Assembly (NCBI GenBank): GCA_951406725.2
Contig: OX597839.1
Span: forward strand, 4,464,001 to 4,528,000
Length of the DNA stretch: 64,000 bases
Direction: 5' to 3'
Source: Octopus vulgaris
Lineage: Eukaryota
Shown: piece by piece, positions 1 to 14,557 of the stretch
Layout: every line of letters begins with the position of its first letter
Position numbering within the stretch: the stretch's first letter is position 1
The notes under the pieces: generated by a model
What the model saw: the letters and a program-made list of their open reading frames with translations, nothing else
What the model was told of the DNA's origin: nothing
Databases searched by the model: none
Made by a program: the position numbers and the translations under genes

Positions 1-195
1 CAGTTTTCTACCTGTGTTACGTATATTTATTAGCCAAGCAATCAATTGCTGACCGTATGAAAGACGCCATTTTTTTAATGTGCGTATATATGTGAAACAG
101 GAAGTCATAGGCGCGTGGTCAATGTGCAACAAGTATGCACGCAGCCATTAAGAATGTTTCTGCAACTTCGTCAGTTAAATGCATGCGAATGCAAC

Positions 196-280
<85 letters not shown>
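196..280. repeat. (CTAT)n microsatellite
   Basis: Direct tandem CTAT/ATCT run; source of the YLSI ORFs. Confidence 0.95.
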
Positions 281-348
281 GCTTATCTGTGTGTCTATAT
301 ATCTACATATTTTCATCTACATCTACCTATACACACATATTGTTAGAT

Positions 349-714
349 ATGTGCATCTCTGATCACAAGCAGAAGTAGTTGGGGAGCATCATAGCCATGT
401 GTTGAGAGGGATTCTTTGGGGTTTGAATAATTCACCTCTGAAAGCTTGGGTGTTTCGTTCAACATCCTTAAACAACCCTTATTCAGGGACCTTTTGAGCG
501 GGATGGTTTACTCGACCAGAAGAAAATTCTAACTGGGCCCCATCTGCAAAGTCATGTGCTGTTTATCTTGATATGAAATCACCATGTCGCGCGCATATGG
601 TTGTGATGCATGTGCCTAGTGAACCCTTATCAGACGGGTAGTCCTGATGGGTATACTGGGCTTCGTATATTTTACCCCAGTGTCACTTTGATGGCATGCA
701 CTGCTCTCTCACTC

Positions 715-773
<59 letters not shown>

Positions 774-790
774 TAATAATAATAATAATA
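349..790 (+). mobile_element. Probable 3' end of a non-LTR retroelement ending in an (AAT)n tail
   Basis: About 365 bp of complex sequence ending ...gcactgctctctcactc, followed directly by (AAT)n at 715-790. No diagnostic protein motif seen. Confidence 0.4.
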
Positions 791-900
791 CGTAAAACAC
801 TTTCAATACAGTAACCATAAGAGCATCACAGCAAACCACAGCACATACCCAAGGCACACAGAGCTACGCTCGGTATTGCAGTGGAAGCAGGTTTTAAAAA
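788..900 (+). mobile_element. Extreme 3' end of an R4/Dong-like non-LTR retrotransposon embedded in (AAT)n
   Basis: ata cgt aaa aca ctt tca ata cag taa = IRKTLSIQ*, resembling the ...(H)ILRKxLSI* C-terminus of R4/Dong ORFs. A short 3' UTR follows, and (AAT)n flanks both sides, matching the known TAA-repeat targeting of Dong elements. Confidence 0.5.
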
Positions 901-1030
901 TAATAATAATAATAATAATGATAATAATAATAATAATGATAATAATAATAATAATAATGATAATAATAATAATAATGATAATATAATAATAATAATGATA
1001 ATAATAATAATAATAATAATAATGATAATA

Positions 1031-1076
<46 letters not shown>

Positions 1077-1096
1077 TGATAATAATAATAATAATG

Positions 1097-1176
<80 letters not shown>

Positions 1177-1188
1177 AAGAACAACAAC

Positions 1189-1238
<50 letters not shown>

Positions 1239-1242
1239 CAAC

Positions 1243-1298
<56 letters not shown>
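899..1298. repeat. (AAT)n microsatellite with GAT/AAC interruptions
   Basis: Direct tandem repeat. Confidence 0.95.
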
Positions 1299-1329
1299 GA
1301 ATTTTGGCCCCGAGCAAGCTATTTTGAGG

Positions 1330-1462
1330 GAGGAGGTGGTGTCGATTATATCGCTCGCAATACTTGACCTACGCGTGATTTGAACTCAAAGCTTAATGAG
1401 GCGTAAGAAATACCGCTTAGCAGTTTGATTGACGTTAACGATTCTGCTTGTTCGCCGCCTCA
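1330..1462 (-). mobile_element. Diverged SINE family B fragment
   Basis: tttgaactca...aaataccgcttagca...acgattctgcttgttcgccgcct is the reverse complement of the family B head (aggcggcgagctggcagaa...). Confidence 0.6.
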
Positions 1463-2262
1463 AGTTCTCATATTGTTGTACTTGTTCAATTTTCTGGTAG
1501 TTTCATCTCCACGTTCAGGGCCCGTTTTCTGTACATCACTCAGCAACAACATGGAGCAACGGAACACGTGAAAAGCAATTAATTAATAACATTTTTCAAC
1601 TAATTGTTTTCGTTTATGTTAGAAGGGTGACAAGGAAACGGAGAGAAGATTAAAATGATTGAGTCACCAATAGCTTTAGAAATAGAAACCGGTATGAATG
1701 TACTCGACTTCATTTTCTTGTTGAACTTAATTTAAATACAAATTTAAGATTTATGGTAATATTCCATCATTAGTCATATCTTCATTGAATCAGTCATGCT
1801 TAGTTAGTGCGTGCGCGCGTATATTTGAATCTGTGTGTGTCTGTGTGTGTGTGTGTGTGTGTGCAAGCGCGTGTGTGTACGTTCTACTGAGAAGAGCAAG
1901 ATACATAGAAGTGATCATTTTGCTGCTATTTCTGAACCTACGAAAGTGAGATCAGCACGTACCACAGATTATCGACTGAACCGAATTAAATAATTAAATA
2001 ATAGATTATCCATTTTTTGTGATCAATTGTATAAATATTTCTTTTTTTTGAATTCAGCATTCCAGATTCTTGATGTGAAGTCATGTATTGAAACATATTT
2101 CTTGTATCTTGGGAGGGTCATTAAGCCAATGGTAAGCACACGCACTGGTTCTATTTCACTTCTTTATATCTTTTTGTCAATTCGTTGACCATGTAAACAA
2201 TTAACTAATTGATTGATTAATGGTTACACAGACACAGACACAGACACATGTATGTATGTAAT

Positions 2263-2296
<34 letters not shown>

Positions 2297-2711
2297 CTCT
2301 TTTACTCTTTTTACTCTTTTTACTTGTTTCAGTCATTTGACTGTGGCCATGCTGGAGCACCGCCTTTAGTCGAGCAAATCGACCCCGGGACTTATTCCTT
2401 GTAAGCCTAGTACTTATTCTATCGGTCTCTTTTGCCGAACCGCTAAGTGACGGGAACGTAAACACACCAGCATCGGTTGTCAAGCAATGCTAGAGGGACA
2501 AACACAGACACACAAACATATACACACACATACATATATATACATATATACGACAGGCTTCTTTCAGTTTCCGTCTACCAAATCCACTCACAAGGCATTG
2601 GTCGGCCCGAGGCTATAGCAGAAGACACTTGCCCAAGATGCCACGCAGTGGGACTGAACCCGGAACCATGTGGTTGGTTAGCAAGCTACTTACCACACAG
2701 CCACTCCTGCG

Positions 2712-2714
<3 letters not shown>
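2297..2714 (-). mobile_element. SINE family A, full length (tRNA-like head, CORE-like segment, CR1-type LINE tail)
   Basis: Minus strand: aggcgcaggagtggctgtgtggtaag (A box)...ggttcagtccc (B box)...cttgggcaagtgtcttc (CORE-like)...ggcggtgctccagcatggccacagtcaaatgactgaaac and an (AAAAGAGT)n tail. Near-identical copies at 12395 and 22485. Confidence 0.9.
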
Positions 2715-2786
<72 letters not shown>

Positions 2787-2789
2787 ATC

Positions 2790-2960
2790 ACAGGTGCAGG
2801 CGTGGCTGAGGGGTAAGGAGCTTGCTCCCGACAACATGGTTCGAGTTTCAGTCTTACTGCATGAGCACCTTGGGCAAGTGTCTTGTACTATAGCCACGGA
2901 CCAACCAGAGCCATGTGAGTGGATTCGGTAGACGGAAACTGAAAGAGACCTGTCGTGTAT
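2790..2960 (+). mobile_element. SINE family A, 5' half, diverged
   Basis: caggtgcaggcgtggctgaggggtaag...caccttgggcaagtgtcttgtactatagcc...gtagacggaaactgaaagagacctgtcg. Confidence 0.8.
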
Positions 2961-2976
2961 ATGCATATATATATTT

Positions 2977-3302
2977 ATAGTCGAAGAAGTCGACCCCAGG
3001 ACTTATTCTTTGTATGTCTGGTACTTATTCCATCTGTCTCTTCTGCCGAACCGTTTGGTTACGGGAACGTAACCACACCAACATCGGTTGTAAATGATGG
3101 CGGGGGCGGGGCAAACTAGACACAAAGATACAAACATGCATATATATACGACGGGCTTCTTTCAGTTTCCGCCTACCAAATCCACTCACAAGTCTTTGGT
3201 CGGCCCAAAGTTAAAGTAGAGGACACCTACCCAATGTGTGTCGCAGTGGGACTGAACCCAGGACAGCATGGCTGTGAAGTAAGCTTCTTACTACATAGCC
3301 AT
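2977..3302 (-). mobile_element. SINE family A, partial and diverged
   Basis: Aligns by eye to 2367-2703. Confidence 0.8.
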
Positions 3303-3612
3303 ATATGTGCATTATATATATATATATGTGTATATATGTGTGTGTATGCATGTATGTATGTTTGTAAACATACAATCTGATGAATAGTCGGGCAGTCGGC
3401 GACTAAATCGGTAACTCTACGAAACCTGCTATTTAAGACTGAAAGTTTCTTTGTTGGACTCAACCTTCCAACAGCTTGATGTAAGAGATGCCTAAATTAT
3501 GCTGCAACATCACTCCACGTGGAGAAACAAATCTGATATAACACCTTTAAATTCGCTTGCATCTAATGATATAGAAAATCCCTTCGTTGTTGAAAGAGTG
3601 GGATTGCTCCTG

Positions 3613-4068
3613 GGATCATTTCGGTTTGACTGTCAGTTTTTAAAAATATTTCCACGTAACTAAACACTTTTAAACTTCGTATACTGGTAGAATGTGTTTA
3701 TAAAACATCTTTTCCACTTGGCTTTATTGAGAAAATTCTATAGTTTGTAAGATATTTGTTGTTGTTTTTTCCTTCAATTTCTGCAATTTCAACCAATCAA
3801 TGATGTCTATTGCGGTGAAAACATTCTGTGCCGTGTGAATATGTCCCTCGTTTAAGAAACAGATTGGGTTTATTTACATTTCTGAAGAAAAAATATACCC
3901 TTCCCCACACCCCTAACCCTAACCTTAACTAACTCTAACTAACCCTAACTCTAACCCTAACCCCAAAATAGATTGAAATGCAATAGATCGATACTAGGGT
4001 CATAATTATGGGTGACAATTTCATATGACACCGCTAGAAAAAAACTGCCGGTAAGAACGAAAAGATCC
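3613..4068. mobile_element. Non-autonomous DNA transposon (MITE) with 9-bp TSD and internal (CCCTAA)n, copy 1
   Basis: TIRs ggatcatttcggtttgac... / ...gaacgaaaagatcc; TSD ttgctcctg at 3604-3612 and 4069-4077; CCCTAA-like repeats at about 3910-3965; second copy at 52415. Confidence 0.9.
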
Positions 4069-4274
4069 TTGCTCCTGTGCAACGTATTTCCTGACTTTAA
4101 AAAGCTTCAGTCATAGATATTTCTTGATTTTTAATATCTATATTGTGTAGTGGATTCTATGGTTGGCCGTAGAGGAAAAAGGCAAAACACGCAATGAAGA
4201 ATTCCATGAAAGAATGAAGGCACGTGACAGTGTGGTCGATAAGCTCTTTTAAAATCTACTGCAATGAAATCCCC

Positions 4275-4380
4275 TAGCTCACAACTGTTTCTGCTATAAG
4301 AGGCAGGACACTCAGAGCATAAGCTCTGATGAAGCTATAAGATGTTGCGAGCACTGCATCTTATAACAGCAACAACTTTA
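4275..4380. other. Degenerate hammerhead-like motif in an inverted arrangement (same family as 63747)
   Basis: Plus strand: agct CTGATGA a gctataagatg...catcttataac. The upstream ctcacaactgtttctgctataaga is the reverse complement of the family's 3' half (tcttatagcaGAAAcagttg...). Confidence 0.5.
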
Positions 4381-4743
4381 AAGTAACGAAATTCTTGCGT
4401 AATTTCCTTTTCAAACATTAATATATATATATATATATATGTCCGTGTGTGTCTGTGTGTATATACATATATACGTGCTTACAAGCATACGCGTATACAT
4501 ATACGGATAAACGCATACAGACAGATAGTTATAATGAACGTATATATATATAATCATATATATGTATATACATACATATATATGTATATATATATACACA
4601 CACACACACACATATATATATATACACATATACATATACTCACATACATACATACACACATGCAAACACACGCATACGCATGCAGATATTTACACACACA
4701 TACAAACATAGATACAATTATACATATACATATATACGTATAC

Positions 4744-4774
<31 letters not shown>

Positions 4775-4790
4775 CATATATACGTCATTC

Positions 4791-4847
<57 letters not shown>

Positions 4848-4949
4848 CATACAAACATATATATATATATATATAAATTTAACCTTTAAAGGTATTTTTT
4901 GATATGCTGGCCATTGATAAAATTGTTTTCGAAAAATTTTCTCCTATAT

Positions 4950-4985
<36 letters not shown>

Positions 4986-5706
4986 CACACATACATATGC
5001 ATAATACATGCACATACACGTTTCTATACATGGTGCGTGCCTTCACTTGTACAATTATTGTAGATTACTCACCATGCAAACATTTCAGAAATAGATATAA
5101 AAACGAGAGGAGAAAACGAATCCAAGCGAGATATTATGAACAACAACAACAACAAGGACAACAACAACAAGGACAACAACAACAAGGACAACAACAACAA
5201 CAACAACAGCAACTACAAATATGAAGCATGAATACAACAGCAAGAGTAAGGGTAACGACAACTTTTGAAATATAAATGTAAAAATGGTTGTTGTGACAGT
5301 TGCCATTTTACTTAGGGTACGGCTTCTTGTAGAATCAATTTAGCTTGGTGATTTTACTGAGCTTTATAGCCTCGGCAGCGGTCCCTAGATACTGATTGTA
5401 TGCCTGTCGCAAACCCGAAGCATCCTCATGGGTCACGTGTCTTTACCCCTAAATACATACTTCATAATGTGTGCAGTAAAACGAGAGGATTAAAACGTCA
5501 GCCACGAGGTGTGTGTTAATCCGCCCCTCTTCCCAACACTCACTGCCTCTATGATGCACTCCTTGATAATTGTGAGAGTGAAAGCGATAGACAGAGGGAT
5601 TGGGAGAGAGAGGGAGAGAGAGGGAGAGAGATGGAAAGAGTGAGAGAGTGAGGGAGAGAAAGAATGAAAAAGAAAGAACATGTATAGAAACATGTATATA
5701 AATAGA

Positions 5707-5756
<50 letters not shown>

Positions 5757-5984
5757 AATATATATATATAAATAGAATATATATATATGTATATATATAT
5801 ATTTATATGTATATATATATATATTATATGTATATATATATATATAAATATATATATGTAGTGCTTACATATAGAGGAGACAGCATATATATATATATTA
5901 ACTCTCTCTCTCTATATATATACACACACACATACACAGACATATTGTGTATGTATATATATATATATATATACATGCGTTTGT

Positions 5985-6032
<48 letters not shown>

Positions 6033-6232
6033 TTGTGTGTAAATATATATAATACGCGGTAATGGTAACAATCGGAAGGAACTTGGTGAATGTCGGCCAG
6101 GAGAGGAGTATAAATAATTTAATTCAGCCATTTTTCAGACAAAAGTCTGTCTCAGCAATCACGCATATTTTTCGTGTGATGAAACTAATACTCTCAGCCA
6201 ATGAATTTCTATCTGACCGAATTAAGTGATGC

Positions 6233-6385
<153 letters not shown>

Positions 6386-6626
6386 AGGCACACACATTAA
6401 AACACGCAACATACACACGGATACGTATGTAAGTGTTTATCTTTATATAAACCCGCATACATGTGTGTATGTATGCTCCCATTTTTTAGTACTTGGAGAC
6501 AAATACAGGTATGTCAAATGCCGTACAAGGCAGTCTTGATTTACCTGTATTATCTTCTCTTTCAGAAGATATATTATCAGTAACATATGGTAAAATTATT
6601 ACACATATATACATACATACATACAT

Positions 6627-6925
<299 letters not shown>

Positions 6926-7027
6926 TTTTACTGTTTATATTTTGTCTTTACTGTCTTGTTTTTGTTACCATTTTACCCATCCACCAAAAAAATCGCAAAT
7001 TTTATTTAATCTGCTTTTGCGGGAAGG

Positions 7028-7365
7028 ACTCCTTCAATGAAGTCGTGTCTCACCTTTACCTTCGCAACGCGGAGTAGATGAAACAGAGGCGGGTGAAGAA
7101 GGGGAATTTTCCTTGTGTTGTATGTCTTGCACTCTATTTTTTCGTTGTTTAAGAAAAATGTCCATTTCCTTGGTTTTGTGTTTATGTTTTCGTTTCTCAT
7201 TCTGTTCAACATTCTTTTTGATGCCCTGTACCCATATATGCATGTATATATACGTATAGATGTAGGTACGTACATATATGTATGTATATATGCATATGTT
7301 TTATTTATTAATTTGTTATTATATGACGGAACGCACGCATCCATTTCTAAGTAAGTTTTATCTTT
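7028..7365 (+). mobile_element. Short interspersed repeat of Penelope-LTR type (family also at 14861-15162 and 54568-54945)
   Basis: Shared blocks gagtagatgaaac...gaagaaggggaattttccttgtgtt...cctgtacccatatatgc...gaacgcacgcatccatttctaagtaag recur in three places. The Penelope assignment is inference. Confidence 0.6.
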
Positions 7366-7511
7366 ATATGTGTCGTCTCTTTGGTGTTTCATGTTCTTGT
7401 CCATGTCTGTATTTATTTTTTACTGTATATATATATATATATATATGTGCATGTATATATGTGTATGTATATGTATAGCTAGCTAGCTGGATAGATATCA
7501 ATGCGTACATA

Positions 7512-7671
7512 CAGTATTATAGATATATATAGCTGATCTTACGAAGGGGCTTTTCATTGGGTTGAGAAACTCGCAGTATTATTTATTAACCGTACTGTTA
7601 TCTAACATCTGGTTCTAATACCCACTGAGAACCACCTTCGTAAGATCAGCTATAAAGCATTTATAATACTG
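7512..7671. mobile_element. Palindromic MITE (Tc1/pogo-like, TA flanked)
   Basis: Left arm cagtattatagatatatatagctgatcttacgaagggg...; right arm ...ccttcgtaagatcagctataaagcatttataatactg; TA on both sides; arms about 55-60 bp. Confidence 0.75.
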
Positions 7672-7928
7672 TATATACACTTCGATCTCTCTCTCTCTCT
7701 TTATCTTCTTCATTCTTCTTCTTCTTCTCCCCCTTCTTCTTCTAATTATTATTTACGTATTTAATTATACAACACTTAATTATATAGGTATTATAAAATT
7801 TCACTAATATGAAATTCTTTACATATAAATATTTGTGATACCTATTAGAAAATGAAACACGTGTAATGGAGAGAAAAGTATTCCAAAAAATTCCATTTTC
7901 CTGTTTTACGTCTGTCTGTCTGTCTCTC

Positions 7929-8009
<81 letters not shown>

Positions 8010-8020
8010 GTATGTATGTA

Positions 8021-8051
<31 letters not shown>

Positions 8052-8060
8052 GGCTGTCTA

Positions 8061-8113
<53 letters not shown>

Positions 8114-8189
8114 ATAGATAGATAGATATACATATATGCACACATACATTCTATATACACTCTGTATATAGAATGTATAGCTCTTTCGT

Positions 8190-8255
<66 letters not shown>

Positions 8256-8558
8256 CAAATTGTTTCGCATAAACCTTCACTAGGCATTTACAACTGCTGC
8301 CGTTTAAGATCCATCCACTTACAGTCGCTACTCCATCAACGCCGAGCATCTCTCTGTAAACTTTACATGTTCAGTGTTATATATTAATACACTCCACGCT
8401 TTCTCCTAATGTGTTTCAATTCAAATTCGCATCGCATATTTATAGGCACATGCCTGTACACACACACACACACACACACACACCACACATATGCATGCTT
8501 ATGTATAGATATATAAGCGTACATACATAATTACATATGTATGTGTCGGCATACATAC

Positions 8559-8603
<45 letters not shown>

Positions 8604-8682
8604 TATACATGCATACATACATGCATACGTATACCTAGATGCATACATACATATATACATACATGCATATATATATGCATAC

Positions 8683-8713
<31 letters not shown>

Positions 8714-8748
8714 TACATACACATACACACATGTATATATATACATAC

Positions 8749-8779
<31 letters not shown>

Positions 8780-9415
8780 TTTATATAGACACGTAAAGGC
8801 AAGCGTACATGCGTACAATGTTAGAGGCACGCGGACTCCCACAGGCCCACACAAATTCGCGCACTTAAACCACACACACACACACACATAGACACACACA
8901 CACACGCACACACAAACATACACAGACACACACACACACACAGCCGCAATTTTGTATTTTTTTTTTATTATACTTCAAATAAACGAGGTTCATCTCTTTC
9001 CTTTGACATATCCAATAAATCACACGTCCATGTTGACCAATGTTTGGTAGTTCCGTCCAGTTCCGTCTCTATTATTTGTCTACAAGAGACTTCTATGCTC
9101 CAAAGATTAATTGGTTTGGCACCATTGTTGATTTAGTTCTTTTATTGTTGTAACGTTAGTATTGTCATTCTTGATATTGTTGTTCGTGTTGTTGTTGTTG
9201 TTGTTGTTTTTGTTGTTGTATCTTATTTGCTTTGCGTTCGCTGTTGAAAACCAACAGATATTTCAATATTTCAAAGCTATTTCCCCAGTGTGTGTTTATG
9301 TGTATACGTGTGTGTGTGTATGTATGTATGTGTGTGTGTGTATGCGTTTGTGATTATCCATCTGTGTGTGTTCTCTGTGTCAGGATGAATATGCGTGTTC
9401 GTTTGTGCTTCTGTG

Positions 9416-9447
<32 letters not shown>

Positions 9448-9565
9448 CTTATGTGTGTCTATGCGTATATATGGTTTATGCTTCTAATGAATGTATATAT
9501 ATATGTATTTATGTATATAAATATTATGTATATATGTTAAATAACTCTACACAAACATATATACA

Positions 9566-9625
<60 letters not shown>

Positions 9626-9642
9626 TGTATACATATATGTAT

Positions 9643-9691
<49 letters not shown>

Positions 9692-9929
9692 TATATAAAT
9701 ATATAAATGATATACAGATTTATATATGTACATATATACACAAGTATATATACACAGACATGCGTATATATATATATATATATATACACATATATATATT
9801 AATGCATATGCATACTCATATGGCTATCGTATGTACAATATACATGTATTTATATAAGCGCACATATAGTGTATATATGCGTGCGTGGATATATATTTCT
9901 GTAAATACATACATACATATATACATACA

Positions 9930-9977
<48 letters not shown>

Positions 9978-10335
9978 TGTGTGTGTATATATATGTGTGT
10001 GTGTGTGTGTGTGTACACACATATGCGCTTTCACACAAGAAGCATACAGTTACATATACTGTACACATACACTCACACACACAAATACGCACACATGCGT
10101 GTGTGTGTGTTGTATGCATATGTGTGCTGTATCTCATCGCCTTCCCGTGTGTGCGTGTGATTGCTTTCGTGTTTTTTGATGGTTTGGTGTCGGTTTTTCC
10201 GTTTTAATTTTCGTGTCTTCAATGTTCAATTTATTTTTTTTTCATATTTGTTGTTCTTTTTTTTTTTCATTGCAAGCGTGATTTATAATTCAAGTTACTG
10301 TTGTATCCTTTCCATTTCTATTAATTTATTTAGCA

Positions 10336-10517
10336 ATCATCATCATCATTATCATCATCATCTTCGTCATCATCATCATCATCATCATCATCGTCGTCGT
10401 CGTCGTCATCGTCATCATCATCGTCATCATCATCGTCATCATCATCATCACCGTCATCATCTTTCGTCATCATCATCATCATCTTCATCATCATCATCAT
10501 CATCGTCATCATCTTCG

Positions 10518-10564
<47 letters not shown>

Positions 10565-10565
10565 T

Positions 10566-10597
<32 letters not shown>

Positions 10598-10851
10598 ATC
10601 ATCGTCCTCCTCCTCCTCCTCCTCCTCCTCCTCCTCATCATCATCATCATCATCATCATTATCATCATCGTCTTCGTCATCCTCCCGATCACTACCATCA
10701 TCATCATCATCATCATCGTCATCATCACCTCCATCACCAACACCATCCGCCTGCTCATCATCTTCGTGGTTATCGTCATTATTATCGTCACCATCATCAT
10801 TGTCATCGTCGTTGTCGTCATTGTCATCATCATCATCATCATCATCATCAT
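10336..10851. repeat. (CAT)n/(CGT)n/(CCT)n compound microsatellite
   Basis: Direct tandem triplets; source of the poly-H/S/D/M ORFs. Confidence 0.95.
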
Positions 10852-11289
10852 GTCGTTGATTACATTGCTGTTGTTTTTGTAGTTGCTGTTGTTGTTGTTG
10901 TTGTCGTTACTATTTAATTGCTCTTAGTATTACTATCTTTAGCTGACCTATTACGACGTGTTTTCAAGTGAATCTTCAAAGTTATGGATTTTATATTAGT
11001 AGTATGTAATAAGAAAAGCTTTCCTATTTATTCATTCTTATGCAGAGAACATTGAGAAAATATGGAAGTCTGCCCATAGCCTTTTTAGACACAATATATG
11101 ACCAGCTTGCAGACTAATTTAATATTTTGCTACTTCGACACTTATTTATATTTGATGAAAGACATATCGGTAAGGCTTTAAAATGTATTGAAATTGAAAA
11201 CATTCCCATACTACGTCTGTATAATAATCTGCTTGTTCGTTCATCTTTTATACTTTAGTTAGCTTGAGAGGAGGCGGTGGAGTGAGTGA

Positions 11290-11701
11290 GGGCGAGCTGG
11301 CAGAAACGTTAGCACGCCGGGCGAAATGCTTAGCGGTATTCGTCTGCCGTTACGTTCTGAGTTCAAATTCCGCCGAGGTCGACTTTACCTTTCATCCTTT
11401 CGGGGTCAATAAATTAAGTACCAGTTACGCACTGGGGTCGATGTAATCGACTTAATACTTATGTCTGTCCTTGTTTGTCCCCTCTATGTTTAGTCCCTTG
11501 TGGGTAGTAAAGAAATATGTATTTCGTCTGCCGCTACGTTCTGAGTTCAAATTCCGCCGAGGTCGACTTTGCCTTCCATCCTTTCGGGGTCGATTAAATA
11601 AGTACCAGTTACGCACTGGGGTCGATATAATCGACTTAATCCGTTTGTCTGTCCTTGTTTGTCCTCTCTGTGTTTAGCCCCTTGTGGGTAGTAAAGAAAA
11701 A
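11290..11701 (+). mobile_element. SINE family B tandem dimer (tRNA-like head, Nin/Deu-like core) with 17-bp TSD
   Basis: ggcgagctggcagaaacgttagc...gagttcaaattcc...ctttcatcctttcggggtcaataaattaagtaccag, followed by a 5'-truncated second unit from about 11518. TSD ggtggagtgagtgaggg at 11276-11292 and 11702-11718. Confidence 0.9.
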
Positions 11702-12394
11702 GGTGGAGTGAGTGAGGGGGAGTAAAAGTGAGCGAGAGAGGAGTGCGGAGAAATGTGAGTAGAGAAGAAAGAAGAGATGCGTATAATAATATACTACGGC
11801 CAAATGCATCACATTAGTCGAAGGCAGAGGCGAAGAACGAGAGAAAAAGACGATGAGAGAAAAGTGGGAGAGAGAAGTGTTAATGACGTGTTGTGTGGTA
11901 GGGAGGTGGGAAAGATGAAGAGAAAGATTTGTCTGCCTGCAGTCGCGCTAAATGACTCACTTAGTTGTGAGAATTGTTGTTTTGGGGGCGTGTCTTGCCT
12001 TCGATAAATTGTGAAATTTTGGAAAATTCTACTAATTTGTGGAGGATTTTTTTGTGTTCCGGCTGCTGTGACCCTGGAGTACCTATTTAGAGTACCTTTT
12101 TTTGAAATACCGGTTGGCCGGATTTGTGTGTGCCGTGACTTGAACTCTTTTCATTCTCTGCTCTGTCTTCCTACTCTTTTTGTTTATATTGGACTTTATT
12201 TAGACTTTTTGTTTTGAACTATTTATTGGACTTTCTTTTCTGCAAGCATAGCAAAGAAGGTAAACACTGCGTTGGAGTTGAAGATTGTACCCCACCAGCA
12301 GTGGTTAAAAGATTTAATCGGTCATCGTGGTTGCTTCCCTTCCATTATATTCTAAACTTTTTGATATGCTTGCCAATTAATACCATAACGTATC

Positions 12395-12611
12395 TCTTTA
12401 CTCTCTTTTACTCTTTCACTTGTTTCAGTCATTTGACTGCGGCCATGCTGCAGCACCGCCTTTAGTCGAGCAAATCGACCCCGGGACTTATTCTTAGTTA
12501 GCCCAGTACTTATTCCATCGGTCTCTTTTGCCGAACCGCTAAATGACGGGGACGTAAACACACCAGCATCGGTTGTCAAGCAATGCTAGGGGGACAAACT
12601 CAGACACACAA

Positions 12612-12650
<39 letters not shown>

Positions 12651-12817
12651 CACGACAGGCTTCTTTCAGTTTCCGTCTACCAAATCCACTCACAAGGCTT
12701 TGGTCGGCCCGGGGCTATAGTAGAAGACACTTGCCCAAGATGCCACGCAGTGGGACTGAACCCGGAACCATGTGGTTGGTAAACAAGCTACTTACCACAC
12801 AGCCACTCCTGCGCCTA
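12395..12817 (-). mobile_element. SINE family A, full length
   Basis: Near-identical to 2297-2714. Confidence 0.9.
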
Positions 12818-13274
12818 TAGCCACTCCTGCAAGAATATACTCATAAAAAGTTCTTCTAAATCCCCTTAATTAATATTCAAAACCTGGTAATGAATAGAAA
12901 ATAATATCTGTTATTTAGTCTCTATTTCTATAATGGTCTTATTATTAATATAATTTTTAACCAATAGTTTGATAATTTCTTCACCCGATATTAAACACTA
13001 ACCTTACACGACAACTCCCATGATAAATAAATATTCATTTTAGTCAAGTAATCATAAAATTATAATGTAATTATTAAGCATTTTCTTGAAGCAGCTTACC
13101 TCGCTTATTATAAATAAGCTAGGTATATCCTATAAGGTTTTGGAACGCAAACCTAGTCTACCCCTTATCTACTATATTCTAAAATAATTTCATTTTTCAA
13201 TCTACTGAAATTAAATTTCCTTCACTAAAATTTTAAACCATTTTATCTTACTCATTTACCCACTATATCATCTT

Positions 13275-13580
13275 GTGGAGGCACATGGCTTAGTGATTAG
13301 AGCAGCAGACTCGCTGTCGAGGGACCGCGGGTTCGAATCTCGGATCGGGTGATGTGTGTGTTTATGAGCGAAACACCTAAGCTCCACCCGGCTCCGGCAG
13401 AAGGTAATGGCGAACTTCTGCTGACTCTTTCGCCACAACTTTCTCTCACTCTTTCCTCCTGCATCTTGCAGCTCACCTGCGACGGACCGGCGTCCCGTCC
13501 AGGTGGGGAACCTATACGCCAAGAAACCGGGAAACCGGCCCTTATGAGCCAGGCATAGCTCGGGAAGGAACAAACAACAA
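13275..13580 (+). mobile_element. SINE family C, full length, tail type 1 (V/Meta-like segment, (CAA)n tail), with TSD
   Basis: Head gtggaggcacatggcttagtgattagagcagcagactcgctgtc...ggttcgaatc; cctgcgacggaccggcgtcccgtccagg; tail aacaaacaacaa. TSD actatatcatcttg at 13262-13275 and 13580-13593. Confidence 0.9.
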
Positions 13581-14557
13581 CTATATCATCTTGCTGATAA
13601 TACATTTCTATTGGGTTCACACTTAACCTATACAGAACCATAGTGTTATAATTCACTGTCTATTTTATAACACAAGTAAATACATTCTAAAGTCATTAAC
13701 ATGCAGGTAATATATGAAATGTCTAGCATATTCCTTTAATTTAACTCATTAATACCAATAAATTACTATTTATTAATTAACTATAAAGTTATATTATTTT
13801 GATTTATATTTATATAAATATGAAATTATTTCTATAGTCTCCATCCCTGTATTGTATAAGATACTAAAATTATTCGAATTCTTTGAAAAAAACTATCTAA
13901 ATTTTATCTATTTATTTCAAATCACAAGTAGGATTATGGCTGTTAAATAATTAGGTATTCTCCCTACCCCATTAGCTTTGGCCTACTAATTTTAGCTGAA
14001 ATACATTCAACTGTACCAAATGGGTTCTTCAAAGAGAACTTGATTTATGGCTCTGCTACTTGAATTGTCTTTTCCTCTATCTATAAAAGATAGATTCTTG
14101 TTGTTGTCTCCACTAGAATTGATAGAATAATATCAAGCCCCTCCCCCAATAGTAAATCTAAATAGCAAAGTAAAATCAGTGATAAGCAATGTCTCCATGA
14201 ATAAATATTAATTACTACCATGTTTCTGTTGATGAAACTGGTTTCTCTGTCTATCTATTTACTCTCTTTGTGATGTTGGTAAATGGAATAAGTATAAATA
14301 TGAATCTTTTCAATCTTACTAAAATTCTATATTTTTATATGCAGCTGAAGATAGCTCTACATTTTAAAACTCATGTAATACTTGCATTGTTTAATCAAAT
14401 GAAGTCGCATGAAACGATCGTACTGCATTACTTTTGGATATACTTGTTGCTTATTTTGGTTATAATCACCCCATTTGGAATATTATTGATAATACAATAC
14501 CAAATTCTGATGCCTTTAACTTAAGTACCATATTCAACTGAATCTAAATTTTTACTG

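Noticed and set aside
3905-3965. Telomere remnant or chromosome fusion site
   Set aside because: The tract lies inside a MITE with TIRs and TSD, and is present in the second copy at about 52710.
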